A DNA stretch of 64,000 nucleotides from Amoebophrya sp. A120 (Eukaryota > Protista > Dinoflagellata). Made by a program: the position numbers and the translations under genes. The stretch spans positions 1,240,001-1,304,000 of the forward strand of contig CAJINV010000020.1 of NCBI GenBank assembly GCA_905178155.1, written 5' to 3'. Positions 39,062 to 51,142 of this stretch are shown one piece after another. The notes under the pieces were generated by a model. That model worked only from the letters and a program-made list of their open reading frames with translations. It did not search any database and was not told the origin of the DNA. Numbering within the stretch: position 1 is the first letter of the stretch; each line of letters starts with the position of its first letter.

Positions 39062-39568
39062 CTACGACGATCCTTCTGCGGCAGTCGCGGTTGCCGTCGT
39101 AGGCTCCGCACTGTTATTCCCCGTCGTCCCCTGCTCCCGCGTCGCGGTCTCCGGTCCCCCGAATATCCTGCCCGCGCGGGGGTTGCGCGCTTGCCAGATG
39201 CGCCCGGTGCCGCCCTCCACGTTGACCGCTTCTTGTCGACCGGGCTTAACCGGATTTTCCTGGACGTCGAAAGAGACCTCGTCCCCCACCTCCGCAATCC
39301 GTCCGTCCTTCAGATTGAAGAAGGTGAACATCAGGTCCTTCCCGTCGTCCGTACGCAGGGAGCTGGAGTGCGGCTCGATGAAACCAAACTGTTTTTTGAA
39401 CACCAACCCCCGCACCACCCCAGTGTGAGCGCCGAAGTAACGTACTTGAAGATGCGAGGTGGAGGTGGTTTTGTGGCAGTAAGGAACAGAAGCTGGCTGT
39501 AGTCCTGCAGGAGGCATTATGCAGCCCCTGCGACAGCTGCTGGTAAAACGACGGATGACAGGCTGCAT
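39062..39568 (-). CDS. Cold-shock domain protein with putative mitochondrial presequence
   Basis: TGVVRGLVFKKQFGFIEP...DGKDLMF...VGDEVSFDVQENPVKPGRQEAVNVEGGTG matches a CSD (RNP1 FGFI). The first ~45 aa are Arg/Ser/Thr-rich, lack acidic residues and end in VRYF. Confidence 0.85.
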   Translation of the reverse strand: MQPVIRRFTSSCRRGCIMPPAGLQPASVPYCHKTTSTSHLQVRYFGAHTGVVRGLVFKKQFGFIEPHSSSLRTDDGKDLMFTFFNLKDGRIAEVGDEVSFDVQENPVKPGRQEAVNVEGGTGRIWQARNPRAGRIFGGPETATREQGTTGNNSAEPTTATATAAEGSS

Positions 39569-40716
39569 CTTGTTAGGAAGCTACGACGAAAAAATATCGA
39601 TGTCTTGAAAGAAAGCTGTAGTGACGAGCGGCTTCGTGCTGTTTGTATTTCAGAAGGCCTGATTAAGAACGACAACGATCATAAGATTAAGAGCAAAGAA
39701 AAGAGCGTGCCCGAAAAAGAAAAAAGAATCTTATCGGACAATAATAGCTTGAGAGCGTAAGAAACAAGCGAGACCAGCATAGACTCCCAAGTCGGGCTGG
39801 TGTGCAGCTGCGTCGGAAGGTCTTGCACGCGAACCCGAACACACTAAAAAATTATGAAGAGGGAGCCGCCAACATCTAAAAATCATGCTAAGCTGCACTA
39901 TTGCGATCGACATGCGTGTGCAGATTCACGCAGGAACCCGATGCATCCGGCTTCCGGTGCTGGTTTTCTCCCGCTTTTTTTGTTTAGCTTTGTTTCTTTT
40001 TTGTATCTTGATCGTTGTCGCTTCTAGGTCTTTGTGCGATATAAGAAACGGAAACATCACAACGCACCGCCTGTGCGAATTTTCGTTTGAGATTGATTCT
40101 TCATCCTATCGAAACAAAAAACAGCTTCCAAACTAGAACCCTGCAACTGCATCGCGTTTTTGATCATTAGATGTGAGGGCGATGATGCTGGGAATCAATA
40201 GTACAAGCTAAAAGTTGTAGTACTTCTAAACCACTTGATTTTCTGCTAGGTTTGAGGAAAAGAGGCGCGCATAGATATTCAGTCAAGATTTTTTTCACAC
40301 ACACACATATTGATATTTGTGAATATCGTCCACAGATACGTTGTTTGGACGAATTCCCTGGTACCAACACCCGAAACACGAAACGGAAACCGCTACGTCA
40401 TGGAGACACTGCATCCTCTCCATCCCAGGACAATCTGTAGCTAACGATCTATCAGCCTAAAGTAATCATAACAGCAAAAACTTAAACTTCATACTAGCAG
40501 TCTTCTCTGCCGCGTCTTTACTTTCGTTCGATGATGTTGAAATACAGTTTTTTCAAAGCCGAGGATCAAGCTCAAATTTACTATTGGACACTTAATACTG
40601 GTGTTTGTCTTTTCAAAAAAAAAATGCAACAACCACAGATAGCCACAACCATACAAAAGCAAATTTTCGCTGTCAACACGATGCGCGAGATGAGCAGCGG
40701 GAGGAGCACGAACATC

Positions 40717-43700
40717 CTACGCCCCGATATCGAAGACCTCGTGACCCGAGCCGTGGACAAAGAGAACCCGATCGATTTTGTCCACCAGCGTTTCAGCGCA
40801 ACGGATATAGCGCACACACTCGTTGGGGTCGGAGTGGTCCCAGAGGTCCGGTAAGTTCATAATCACCAGCTCCGCCCGTCGGGAACGTGCTTGGATGATC
40901 GAATTCAAACGGCGGAAGGCCCTGAGGATAAAATTTTTGTTGGGCGATAAATTGATTGATGTGAGATATCACCATGCAGCGCTATTTATCCTCAACTAGT
41001 AGTTTTATAGTCTATAGACTAATCCGAACTTGACTCAAAGGCTGTAGACGAAAGTTCTGAGACCCTCAAACAGCATTAGAAATTGCGGCTCGACCTGCAG
41101 AAAACCTGAAGCAAATCCCTAGGGCTTTTCAAACTAGTTCTTTTCCTATTTGCTAATACGCACGGCAGAGACTCAAAAGATGAAGGTCTAGCCGTAGGAC
41201 ACGACCAAAAACCACGACAGACATGACGTCTGCCCACAAACTGAATCACCATGCTACTACGACAAAAGCTGAAGCGTTTCTGGGGCTCGAGCTCTAGAAC
41301 TTTTCATGTATCTGCCCGCTTTTTTTCGTAAAGTGCATGCTACTGTGAAAATATTTGCGACAAATTCTACGGCTTAAGCTGTAGCGGTTCGGCACGATAC
41401 ACGACAAGGAAGCCCCTAGGCGCTACAAAAATACCCCGAGCCCTGGACGCAGTGGCGCCCCTGCCCCCTCGCTCAGAAGGGAACCGCTTGCCCCCTTCAA
41501 TATAAAAGCGCCCCTCGTCGCCCCCCGCGCGGTGCGCCCTGCTCCTGGTGGAACCTCTTGCCCCTGCGTGCTGGCGCCTGCCCCTTAGCCCTGGCAGTAT
41601 TTCTTACTTGCCCTTTGCCGCAAAGGGCAAGTAAGAAGTTTGCAGTTAGGTCGAACCTAACGCAAAGGCTTTGCGTTAGGTCTTGCCCCTCGCGGTGCAT
41701 CTTGTCCCTCGCAGTACATCTTGCCCCCCGCGAGACATCTTGCCCCTCGCCGTACATCTTGCCCCTCGCAGTACATCTTGCCCCTCGCAGTACATATTGC
41801 CCCTCGCAGTACATCTTGCCCCTCGCAGTGCATCTTGCCCCTCACAGTGCATCTTGCCCCTCGCAATGCATCTTGTCCCTGCGCATACGCCTCGCCCCTG
41901 GTAGGACTTCTTGCTCCTTGTAGTGTTAGCGCCCCCTTTCCATCGCAATGCGTTATATCTCGCCTCGGCAGGCACATGCACAGCTTGCGCCTGATAGAAC
42001 TTCTTGCCCCTGGTAGGGCCTCTTGCTCCTGCTCCTGGTAGCACATATGGGGCCCGCCTTCTAATAACCCTAACGCCCTGCCGGCAAAGACCTAACCGCC
42101 CCGCCTTCGGAGAGCTAGCGAACAACCCCCACCGCACCCAGGTTGGGTCCCTGCTATGGGTGTGACTGCGACCCCGGCAGGCCCCGGGCCGCCCCTTGTT
42201 GCTCTCGCGGCGCACCCGTTCCCGCCGGCCTGCGCCCCTTACGCCCCCGCTCCCCTAGCGCCCGCCCGGGAACGTCCAGGGGCCCTGTTTTTTCCCCCTG
42301 CGCCAGCCATTTTCTCCTTTGCACCAAAGCGGTGGAGGAAGCGTCCACACGCAATAAACAGACACGCTGGCGCAAGTAGCTGCCAAAATATGTCGCGGCC
42401 GTAAGTACGTATCGGGGGCATGTTGCCGCTATCTTGCGGCGACTAGGTCGAGGCCCGCTGCTCTCCGCCGCCCGCCCTCCCAGGGGACAGCGGCGGCGCA
42501 CTCCTGCAGCCAGTCTTTTGGAAGAAGACGGCCGCCGCCCTCCCCCGCGTGGGTGGGGGCAGGGTGGGTCAGGCCACCGACCGGGGGGGCCACGGGGCCG
42601 GGCGAGGGGGCAAGCGCCGTGCTCTGGGGGAAGCTAGCGCTAGCGCGCCAGTCAGCGGCTGTGCCCCAAACGCCCGAGCCAAGCTAGCAGCGCGGGCGAG
42701 GCGGCCCCGGGTCAGGGTCTCGGCTAGGATGAAAAAAATGGCGGGGCGCAGCACTTTCGTAAATATATAAGCAAGCCGGGAGGTAGCGACCTGGCAGGCC
42801 GACTCTCCCCCCACCCCGGCCACCCATTGTGCCGCCCTCCGTCCCTGGTTTCGCTTGGTGGCGCGCCCCCTCGGCGCTAGTCAGCATGCAGCCGCGCGGG
42901 CGGGCAGCGCAAGACTCGGGGCACGGTTGTTAGTTTCGAAAGCGCGCGGCCGCCGCCCCTGCGCTCCGTCCAGCCGTGTCACTTCGGCGCCATCCCGCCC
43001 AACATGCGCAAGGAAAACGGGTGGGCCTTACTCCCTCGCACGCTCGCCCCTAGCAGCGCCACTACGGCTACGCCCTTGGTAAGGCCTCTGCTCTTGTACC
43101 CCTCGCCCCCCGCGATGCCGCTTCGACTACGTCGACTGCTACCCCAACAACCTGAACCAACGCCGACTGCTACGCCTACTTCTACTTCCACGCCTACTCC
43201 CACGCCTACCGCTACGCCTGCCTCTACGCCTACTGCTGCGCCTACTTCTGCGCCTACTTCTACGCCTACTTCTACGGCTACTCCCACGCCTACTTCTACG
43301 CCTATTTCTACGCCTACTTCTACGCCTATGAATGCGCCTAGTTCTTCCCCTACTCCTGCGCCTACTTCTACGCCTGCTGCCGCGTTTCTTGAGTTTTGCG
43401 CTTCCTTGTGCGCTTGCTTCTAACTACCTCCGTGGCCACGGCGATGCCTCTGGCAGGGTGCGTTCGCAAATGACCCGGCTCCCGGCACTCGGCGCAGCCG
43501 ACTTGCCCCCCCGTCCGCCCGTTAGGCCACTGAGGCTTTTTGATGCCGCGTTGGGTCAGTAGCCCCGGCGGAAGCTAGGGCCCATGGAATGTAGTCACTT
43601 TGCGTTTTCTTTGGGTCGGTTGTTTGCTTCATCCTTTCAAGCAACCGACCGCATGTGGACCAGGGACGGAGCGCATGAAAGTCTCCCGGGCTCCGTCCTC

Positions 43701-46700
43701 GAGGACTTCCATGCACTACATATCTACGGACGCTGCAAAATCTACAAGCCTTTGAGTCAGCTCGTCTATGTTTCTATGGTCCCTCAATTATGAAGAAGTT
43801 GCCGCGCCGTTGTGCCAACACGGCGGCGCGAGTGCAACATAGCAGTACTAATGGAACTTGAGTGAATTGCTCATGCGAGAGCGAGCAGACCAAACCAAGG
43901 ATATTATTTAAAGAAGCAAAACCACAATTCGTTAGTACAGCAAGCTGTGCTGCTCTGGAATTTCCGGGAGCGAGCTGCTTTTCCCCTTACTCCCTTGCCT
44001 AGAATTGGAGCCGCCACGCGTTTCGTTCTGCAGGGCGATTGTGACGGGATTGGACCGTCCTTGGAAGTGCCGGCCCCAGGACACCGAGCTCTGGTGTGTC
44101 GCGGAGGACGCCTGATCTCGGAGGCCCTCCGATGGCAGGTGGAGGTCGATGTCATCCACGGATCTCATGTCTCCAGGCTTACTCGGGGCTGCACTGTTGC
44201 GCTGCGCGACGAGAACTGATACGATACGATATAAGTAGTGTTTTTGAGCGGTCGAACCAAGATCGTGATCGTGATAATAGATTGATTGCAACAGAACTAG
44301 ATGCCCTGTCGGAAGGGGAAGGGCTGCGCGACAAACTCTTGTCTTCTCCTTCTCTCAAAACACGGACCAGCACGGTGTCGCATCTCATAATGTACACTTT
44401 CACATACTGACCCTAACGTCTGACAGGCAATTGTATACCTGCTCCCGTGCTGACGGCATGCGGCACTTGGCGATCCCCGCCAGTTTTTCCCTCGTCCAGG
44501 AGGACCGCGTCTGCGTCGTAGCTGCGGCTGCTAGATCCCTGTTTCGCGACCGCGATCTGCGCCAGCGCACCGTCCGCCGAGGCAGAGGACGAGGAGGACA
44601 GCCTCCCCGGGGGAATGCCGCCGTTCTTTGCACCGCCATTTCCATTTGGCGCGTTGATCTGGTCTACCCGCACCACTTTGGTGGTGGCTTGCTGCTTGGC
44701 CCCGGCCCCGTTCTGGTGCGCCCGCTGCTCGGTGTTCCGCGCCGGCGGGGCGGCGGTCTGGCACTGCAGTTCCCGTATAACGATCTGCTCCTCGTCCTCG
44801 TCACACGTACCAACCTTGCGGTCCCGAAGAATGTGGCCTCCCGGGGTCGTCGCTTCGATCACCTCGTCGTCGCGGCCCACGGTCAGCACGGAAAAGCTCT
44901 TTTTACGCATCGCGCGCCCGCTTACATCGCGCGTGCCGGCCGTCGCAGACGAGGAACTGAACCGAGGGTCACCATCCCTAGTAACCACGATATCCGGGCA
45001 GGAGTTCTGATGAAAATTTTTGATTGGCGGTTTTTCAACATCGTTGGATTTTTTTCTCCAAAAGAACAAACACAGGAAAGGCTTTCAAATCATTCTGAAC
45101 TTTGGTTTATGACAACACTTTCGTATCCATGACGGTGCAACACGTCGTATTAAACACAGCCAGTGCCAGTGCTACGTCGTGATCATAAAAAGTACCGTTG
45201 CGTGCGGCGAGTCCCCCCCTGCAACCCCTATCGCTGAGTCAGCGGCTCCGGACACTCTTGCGGCTGCGAGATTGAGGTTGTTGCTGCCTCGGGCTGCGAT
45301 GTTGATCTGTTCGCTCTCCCGCGCCATCGCGACCGACTTTTTGTGCTTCTTTTGCGGAAGCAAGTCTTCAATCGTTTGCGGGAGTCCGCGGTGGGGTCGG
45401 TGCGCCTTCTCGCCGCTGTTCAGGGACATTTTTTCCAGTTCCTCCAAGAACGCGGCCCGTTCCGCGTCCGCCCGCGCGTCCGCCTCGTTCAACAAGCCAT
45501 TTCCACTCATGCCATTCGCCACGAGCGCCCCGGGGGTCGCGCCGGAATAGGGCCCGTTCGCCAACACGCCGTTGCTCCCCCCCGACAGCCGCTCTCGATG
45601 CGCCGCCTGTCGCTCCACGTCCGCAATGCTATCGTAGAAGAGATCCAGGGTGGAGTGCTCGTTTTGGTGGTCGGCGTGGTGCGAAAAGGGTTCGACGAAC
45701 GCGTGTTCCGCCATAATCACCTCCACGTCCACGTTTAGTAGGCGCTTTTTCTGCAGTGTCTGGGTCAAAACCCGGGCGGCGATGGACGCTTCCTCCTCCG
45801 TGATGTTTTCCATCACGGTGAAAACCCGCATCTTGCAGTCCCGCCAGATCTTGTGTTGCTGCAAAAGCCAGGTCACCAGAATCATCAGTCCGCCGTCGTG
45901 GATCATCCACCAGACGTCGATTGTGCCGTGGCACGGCTGCAGGGGAAAATCCTTCGGGTCTTTCGCAATCAAAATCGTCTTGTCTTCCGCGTGCGCCGCG
46001 GTGACAATGTCGCAGAACGCCACGGCCTTTTCGCGCTTGATCGCCAGGGGCTGGGAGGCCCAGTTGGAGGGCCAGGCCATCAACACCGTGTTAGGGACTA
46101 AGCCGCCCAAACCCGTCAGCTGCAAAATGTAATTCGCGCCCTCCGCCCAGGTAGGAGCGACGACGACCTGCGCGAACCCGAGGATGTCGTTCTGCTTCAT
46201 GATGGAAATGATGATGTCCTTTTCAATCCGGGCCTTCTTCAGCATCTTCTCACTGTTCCGGTTCCCTTCCAGAACCGCCGCGACGACGCACATCCCTCGG
46301 CCTTTCCGTAGCTGGCTGTAAAACTGAAGAATCTCGTGGTGTCTGGTCCGTTTTGCGGAGATGCCCGCGGCGGCGGATAGGTCCGCCATGTGCACGCGGT
46401 ACAGGATCAGCACCTGGGGGCGCCAGTTTACCTTGTGTCTCTGCGTTTCTTCCAGGGAAAGGAGGGAGTTCAACGCGAGATGGAATTTGATCCCGTCCAA
46501 TCCGCTGCCCCACTCGCTACTCTCGGCGCGAAAGTCCACGTAGACGTAGAGACCGACGGCGAGAAAGCAGGTGACGAGTGCATATGCCCACTGGACGATA
46601 AACATGTATCCAGTGCAAAAGTATCGCACTCGTATTGCAATCATGCATTACAAATTATCTTTTTCTTAAGGTAAATAAGAATGTACAAATTTCATATTCA

Positions 46701-49399
46701 TTTCTCATACTGAGGAAGTTTGTATATGCATTTATACGAGTACGATACTTTTGCACTGCATAACATGATCACCACGCCAAGCACCGCGCCGGTCAACCCG
46801 CACACCTTGTACCATATGCGCCACCGCTTCCGCTGGATCCCCGCGGGCCGCCAGGAGGGGGCCTTGAGCCAGGTGAGGATGAAGCAGGACAAGTTCATGT
46901 TGATGTAGCACGCGAGAAAGCACATGGTAAGCAGCGGCGCGACTAGGTTCAGTTCGCCGACAAGCACCAGGGCAGCGCACACGACGTAGGTGTAGAACAA
47001 CGCGCGAATCGGTTCGCCGTGGCGGGACAGGGGGGCGACGTCATTTAGTAACGGGATGACGTTATCCCGCGCTATCGCCTGAAGGAGCCGGGGAGCGACG
47101 ATCAGGCACTGGAGGGCTTGGGAAATGGATGAGATGATGATCCCGATGTGCGGGGCGTAGGGAAACGGCGTCCAGGCAATTTCCTCAAACACGTACGCAC
47201 CGGCGGAGCCCCCAGCAAGATTTCTTCTAGCCGCGGACGCTGTGCTTGCGGCGTCAGTTCCTACTTCTGCTGCAAATGATTCACCCATGGTAGTCGCGTG
47301 CGCCGTTGTTACACCGTAAGTTGAAAATGATGTTTCATCCTGCAGCAATCGTTTCTGTCGACAGAGCTCGTCCTCGGCCTCGTTGCAGTCTTCCCAGTCC
47401 CCGCGCAGGTAGGGGTATTTCGCTACCGCGCCCCAAAAGATCATGAAGGTCGAGTACATGACGAGGGAAAACGTAATTGCGCCGAGGGTCCCGACCTTCA
47501 AGTCCCTCGGCGGGTTTTTCAGAATGTCCGCCCGGTTGGCGCCGGAGAGAATTCCGGTGAAGCAGGGGAAGAACAGAGACATCACCACGCCGAAATCGAC
47601 CCCGTCACCGAAGTGGCTCCCCAGGTTCGTCTCCAAGGTCGACGCCGAAATCCCCGTTACTTGCCCGTCGGGGCCCTTAAAATTGGTCCCCCCCGTGGCA
47701 GTCTCCGAGCCGTCGGTCATGAAAATCCCCACGTAGAACATTAACAGGGTGAAAAAGACCACCACGACGAACACGACACCCATTTTGGTCACAAATTTGA
47801 TGCCCATGTAGACCATCAGCACCATCCCGAGGAGCACGATACTCCCAAAGCCCCGCATGGCACCGCCGCTGTTCAATTCTGGCCTCGCGATTAGCAAGGC
47901 CTCGACGGCGCCTGTGATTTTTTCGTAGTTTTATGACATGCAGCAACGTGGTGTTCGTTTTCTATCCTTTGCAAGCAGACAAGATGGCGGTGGCATCAAA
48001 CAAGAAAAACGACACCAAGAAGAAAAATCGGTATCGCATAGCAAGCAGTGTGAATCATGTTAGTGTTTGACATTTACCTAGGGTCTCCAGCACTGCCAGC
48101 AGCGATATCCCGAGCCAGTAGAGCAGACCAACTGTGACACCGATAGCCGGGCCCATTGCCCGGGAGATCATGTAGTAGGGGCCGCCTTCACTGACGAAGC
48201 CGCCAGAAGAAACGACCGCGGACATCGAAGATGCGGTCACTGTAGAAAAGAATAACAATTTCAGATCACATTCACATGCTGATTAATTTGGCCGCGTTAA
48301 ACACTGCAATTGCATCAAGCTGCGTGCATCGTCCTTTATACAGTTTTGGTTTTCTGATTTCCAGCACATAGTCCAAACTTTCGCAAGAAATCCAAAGCAA
48401 AACAAAAAAAGTACGGAATGCCATGGAGAAGGACAAAAACACCGCGAGCAGCGCCAATCCCACCCCTGCGTTCCCGACGATCGTGTAGAACCGCAGGAAA
48501 ATGAGCACGCCCCACATGTTTTCGCACGTGGGCACGAACACGCCGGCAAAAGCGCCCACTTTCTTTGCGTCTTTCTTTTTCAAACTTGGGTTCATGTAGG
48601 TCACCTCTTCCCCGGAGTCGTCATCCGCCAAGTCCCGCTCTGACTGGCGCTGCTGCAGGCCCTTTTCCGTTTCCTTCCGCAGGACCGCCGACGCGTAGTT
48701 CAACTCTGCGGAGGTCATCCGGCCGATCATCTCCCCGCGATCTGATGCGGACGAGGGCGATTCGTGCGGGGCCCGGCCGGAGGACGAGTTTTTCGACCTC
48801 GTGTTACCCCCCGGGGAAAATAAATTATCCCCCCCTGCTGTCGGCGAGTCGCCGTCGTGCTGCTCCATGCTGGGCGAGTTCGTGCTGATCGCCCTATTTC
48901 GGTTCAGCCCTTCAAGAATTGTGACTGGGGCATGATCCCCCTGGGGTCCATTTTCATCTCCTGTGGTTAATATCGTTTGAAACGCGTCCTCGGTGAGGAC
49001 CAGGTTCTCCGAGTCCCGGCTGCGCATGGCCACCACCTGTATCAAATGCAAATATGTCTGGGTCGTCTGGAAGATTCCGGGATTTATTGTCATGCATATT
49101 TTGTATGACCCATGATGCCTGTATATGCATTCTCTAGCATCACAGATTTTTTGAGGGCTCTCTGATGCCTATCCCGCATAAGAAACGCCCTCTCCGCGTG
49201 AGAACACAAACTGGACTCCTGTTGCTGGTCACGCAATACAGATTTTTTTTTGGAATCCAAAGACTGCATTACAAGCTGCAACCTTGTTCCAGACCCAGAC
49301 ATATTTGCAATGCATAACCTGGGTTTCGTCGCCATTGTGGGCTGTCAGAGAGTTCGCCTTTTCCGTGCCGCCCCGCGTGCCAAACATCAGCGGTGACAT
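40717..49399 (-). CDS. SLC12 cation-chloride cotransporter (KCC-like); 8 exons, introns about 49037-49318, 48240-48414, 47912-48077, about 46604-46764, 45007-45195, 44216-44438, 40922-43938
   Basis: [22 protein letters not shown]; [13 protein letters not shown]; [14 protein letters not shown]; [11 protein letters not shown]; APSWRP; EWGSGLDG; NWRPQVL; GLGGLVPNT; [13 protein letters not shown]. The last exon [24 protein letters not shown]...[13 protein letters not shown] matches the SLC12 C-terminus. All joins are in frame. Confidence 0.93.
41601..41681. repeat. Cluster of near-perfect palindromes
   Basis: TTCTTACTTGCCCTTTGC-c-GCAAAGGGCAAGTAAGAA (41601-41637, 18-bp arms); ACCTAACGCAAAG-g-CTTTGCGTTAGGT (41655-41681, 13-bp arms); overlapping GTTAGGT-cga-ACCTAAC (41645-41661). 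Confidence 0.9.
41682..41886. repeat. 19-bp tandem repeat, about 10.5 copies (CTTGCCCCTCGCAGTACAT)
   Basis: Units counted directly from 41682 in 19-bp steps, with 0-3 substitutions each and no spacers. Confidence 0.95.
43150..43380 (+). repeat. 12-bp-periodic repeat (CTACGCCTACTT-like) encoding a PT-rich tract
   Basis: ORF 43004..43423 (+) reads [38 protein letters not shown]... Confidence 0.8.
46607..46762. mobile_element. Introner, family A (156 bp)
   Basis: TIR TATcCAGTGCAAAAGTATCGcACTCGTAT / ATACGAGTaCGATACTTTTGCACTGcATA. Perfect TSD acatg (46602-46606, 46763-46767). Excision gives VIM|FIVQW in an SLC12 transmembrane segment. Confidence 0.94.
49040..49316. mobile_element. Introner, family B (277 bp)
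   Basis: TIR tatcaaaTGCAAATATGTCTGGGTC / GACCCAGACATATTTGCAatgcata. Perfect TSD acctg (49035-49039, 49317-49321). Interior closely similar to 6647-6909. Confidence 0.93.
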
Positions 49400-50004
49400 G
49401 CAAAACGAACGAGACGAGAGGACGGGGAAATCTTGATTTGGTTCGTTTTTGGAGCGAGGCACATGAGGGTAAACATGTACATGAAGGTGGAATCAGAGTA
49501 CAGCAATAAATCCCGCCACAAAGGGGAATTCTTCTAGCGTTTCGAATTCGATCAGAAGTCTAATATGGGGTAATACTTAGCTTGTCAGAAGGTCAATGAG
49601 GTTGGCTTTAGCCTGATGTGAAGGTTCATGAAAATGAACTCCTCATAAATTTTCTCGGAAAGCACTTGTGTTTTTCGCTTTATTCTCTACCTCCCTCGTT
49701 TCACCTCCTGTCGTGTGGGTGGGCACACTTTCATACTGAGCCTCCTATGTGCTGTAATAGGTTGAGCAAGAACTTGTTGCCCACCACTTCTCATCTCTTC
49801 GTTTTTTTACTGTAATTCATCAATACTTCACGAACACTGGACACAAAAATATGAAAATATGCTGCTGCAGCGGCGACTACTTTGAGCAGCTCCTCATTTA
49901 GTTTTGATGTTCAATGCTTTCGTGACACAACTAGGGGCAAAGAGAAGTCATAACGTGTGTGGTATAACATTTGATCGTCTTTCTTCATCTCTATCATGTT
50001 GTCT

Positions 50005-51142
50005 TCACAAATCATCTGGATCAATTGCGGGTCGGTTATTTAGTTCCTGAGGCCCGTTTTCTGCCTCCCCGCCCTCTGCTGCGCTGCTGTTGACGATTTC
50101 GTAACTCTGTAGTGGCTTGGGCGCGTCGTTAATCGTGGGATCTCGCCAGTCGTTGGGCAGCACTTTCCGCTTTTTCGCCATCCGCTTGAGACGTTCCGTT
50201 TCTTTTCGGAGCCCGAGCACCGCGGCTTCCACTTTTCGGTTGTCATCCAGGTACCGGTCGTGACTCACTTGCAAGTCCTTCAGCTCGCTTTGCCCCGAAA
50301 TCTGGCCCAGTTTCCGCTTCTGATTGATCGATTCCGCCTCTTTGCGGAGTTGGGCTACCTGTGGGCGTGTGGTTTTTGGTAAAATACGGGTCTACTTTGC
50401 TTTTGGTATTTCATCTTCAAATTGAAACCTAGGATAGTAGCTCACGACACCGAAAATCACAGAAATCATTATCATGATGAAAAGTAACCATATGTAACAT
50501 TAGTACCTCCTGCGTGAGCTGTCCCTCGAGGCTCTGGTTTGCCTTTCTGACTTCCGCGGCCGCTTTCGGGCCGGACTCCAGCAACAGCTCCAGATTTGCC
50601 AACCGCAAATCGTTGCACCCGGCCATGAGCCGGGCGTTGCGCAGCGCGTCCTTCCAGGCGGCTTCGGTGCCCTGGGAAAATTGATCTGGACCATCGAGAT
50701 TTTGGTACTTGGTGTTGTCCAACTTCTGCATGCCCTGCTGCTTCGCCATGATCCGGTAAAATTCCTGCTTCAACAAGTCTCGCGAGACACCCTTACTATC
50801 GCTGATTTCCGCGGGCTCGTCCACAAACTGTCCGGCCGCCTCGAGCTGCAACTCGTCCGCACGGGTGAACAAGTGATTAGAGCTCTTCCCCAGCGACTGG
50901 ATGAAAATATTCGCGCCGGCTTCCAGCGTGTCGTGGCTGGTGGTATCATTGTTTGAGGGGCTATGTTCTGCCGCCTTCTGTCGCACTTCCTCCGCAACGA
51001 GTTCGTCCACCAGTCGCGCTTCGGCGCTATTCGGGTCCGCTTTGCCCTCGATGTAGAGTAAGCTGTCCACCAAATCGTGGTGCACATTGCTCTCGTGCAG
51101 CAAGGGGCCCGAGGAAGTAGTCGCTGAAGTTGAGGTCGCCAT
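50005..51142 (-). CDS. BCAS2: Pre-mRNA splicing factor SPF27/BCAS2 (Prp19 complex); GT-AG intron 50359-50506
   Basis: LVDSLLYIE (family VDALPYID); LVAEEV; LDNTKY; AAWKDALRNA...RLANLELLLESG; spliced LTQE|VAQLRKEAESINQKRKLGQ...NRKVEAA. Confidence 0.85.

Larger units (their letters stand above)
40999..43781. mobile_element. Putative decayed TIR element of about 2.8 kb with a GC-rich core, inside the last SLC12 intron
   Basis: Inverted pair TGACTCAAAGGCT-GTAGA (41031-41048) / TCTACAAGCCTTTGAGTCA (43741-43759). Possible 9-bp TSD cctcaacta (40990-40998) / cctcaatta (43782-43790). GC-rich interior at about 41440-43580. Confidence 0.4.

Noticed and set aside
41682-41886. 19-bp array as a CRISPR array or as a repeat-protein gene (ORFs 41497..41814, 41657..42046, 41676..42215)
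   Set aside because: Units are contiguous with no spacers, there are no cas genes and the context is eukaryotic. The ORFs arise because the unit lacks stops in several frames.
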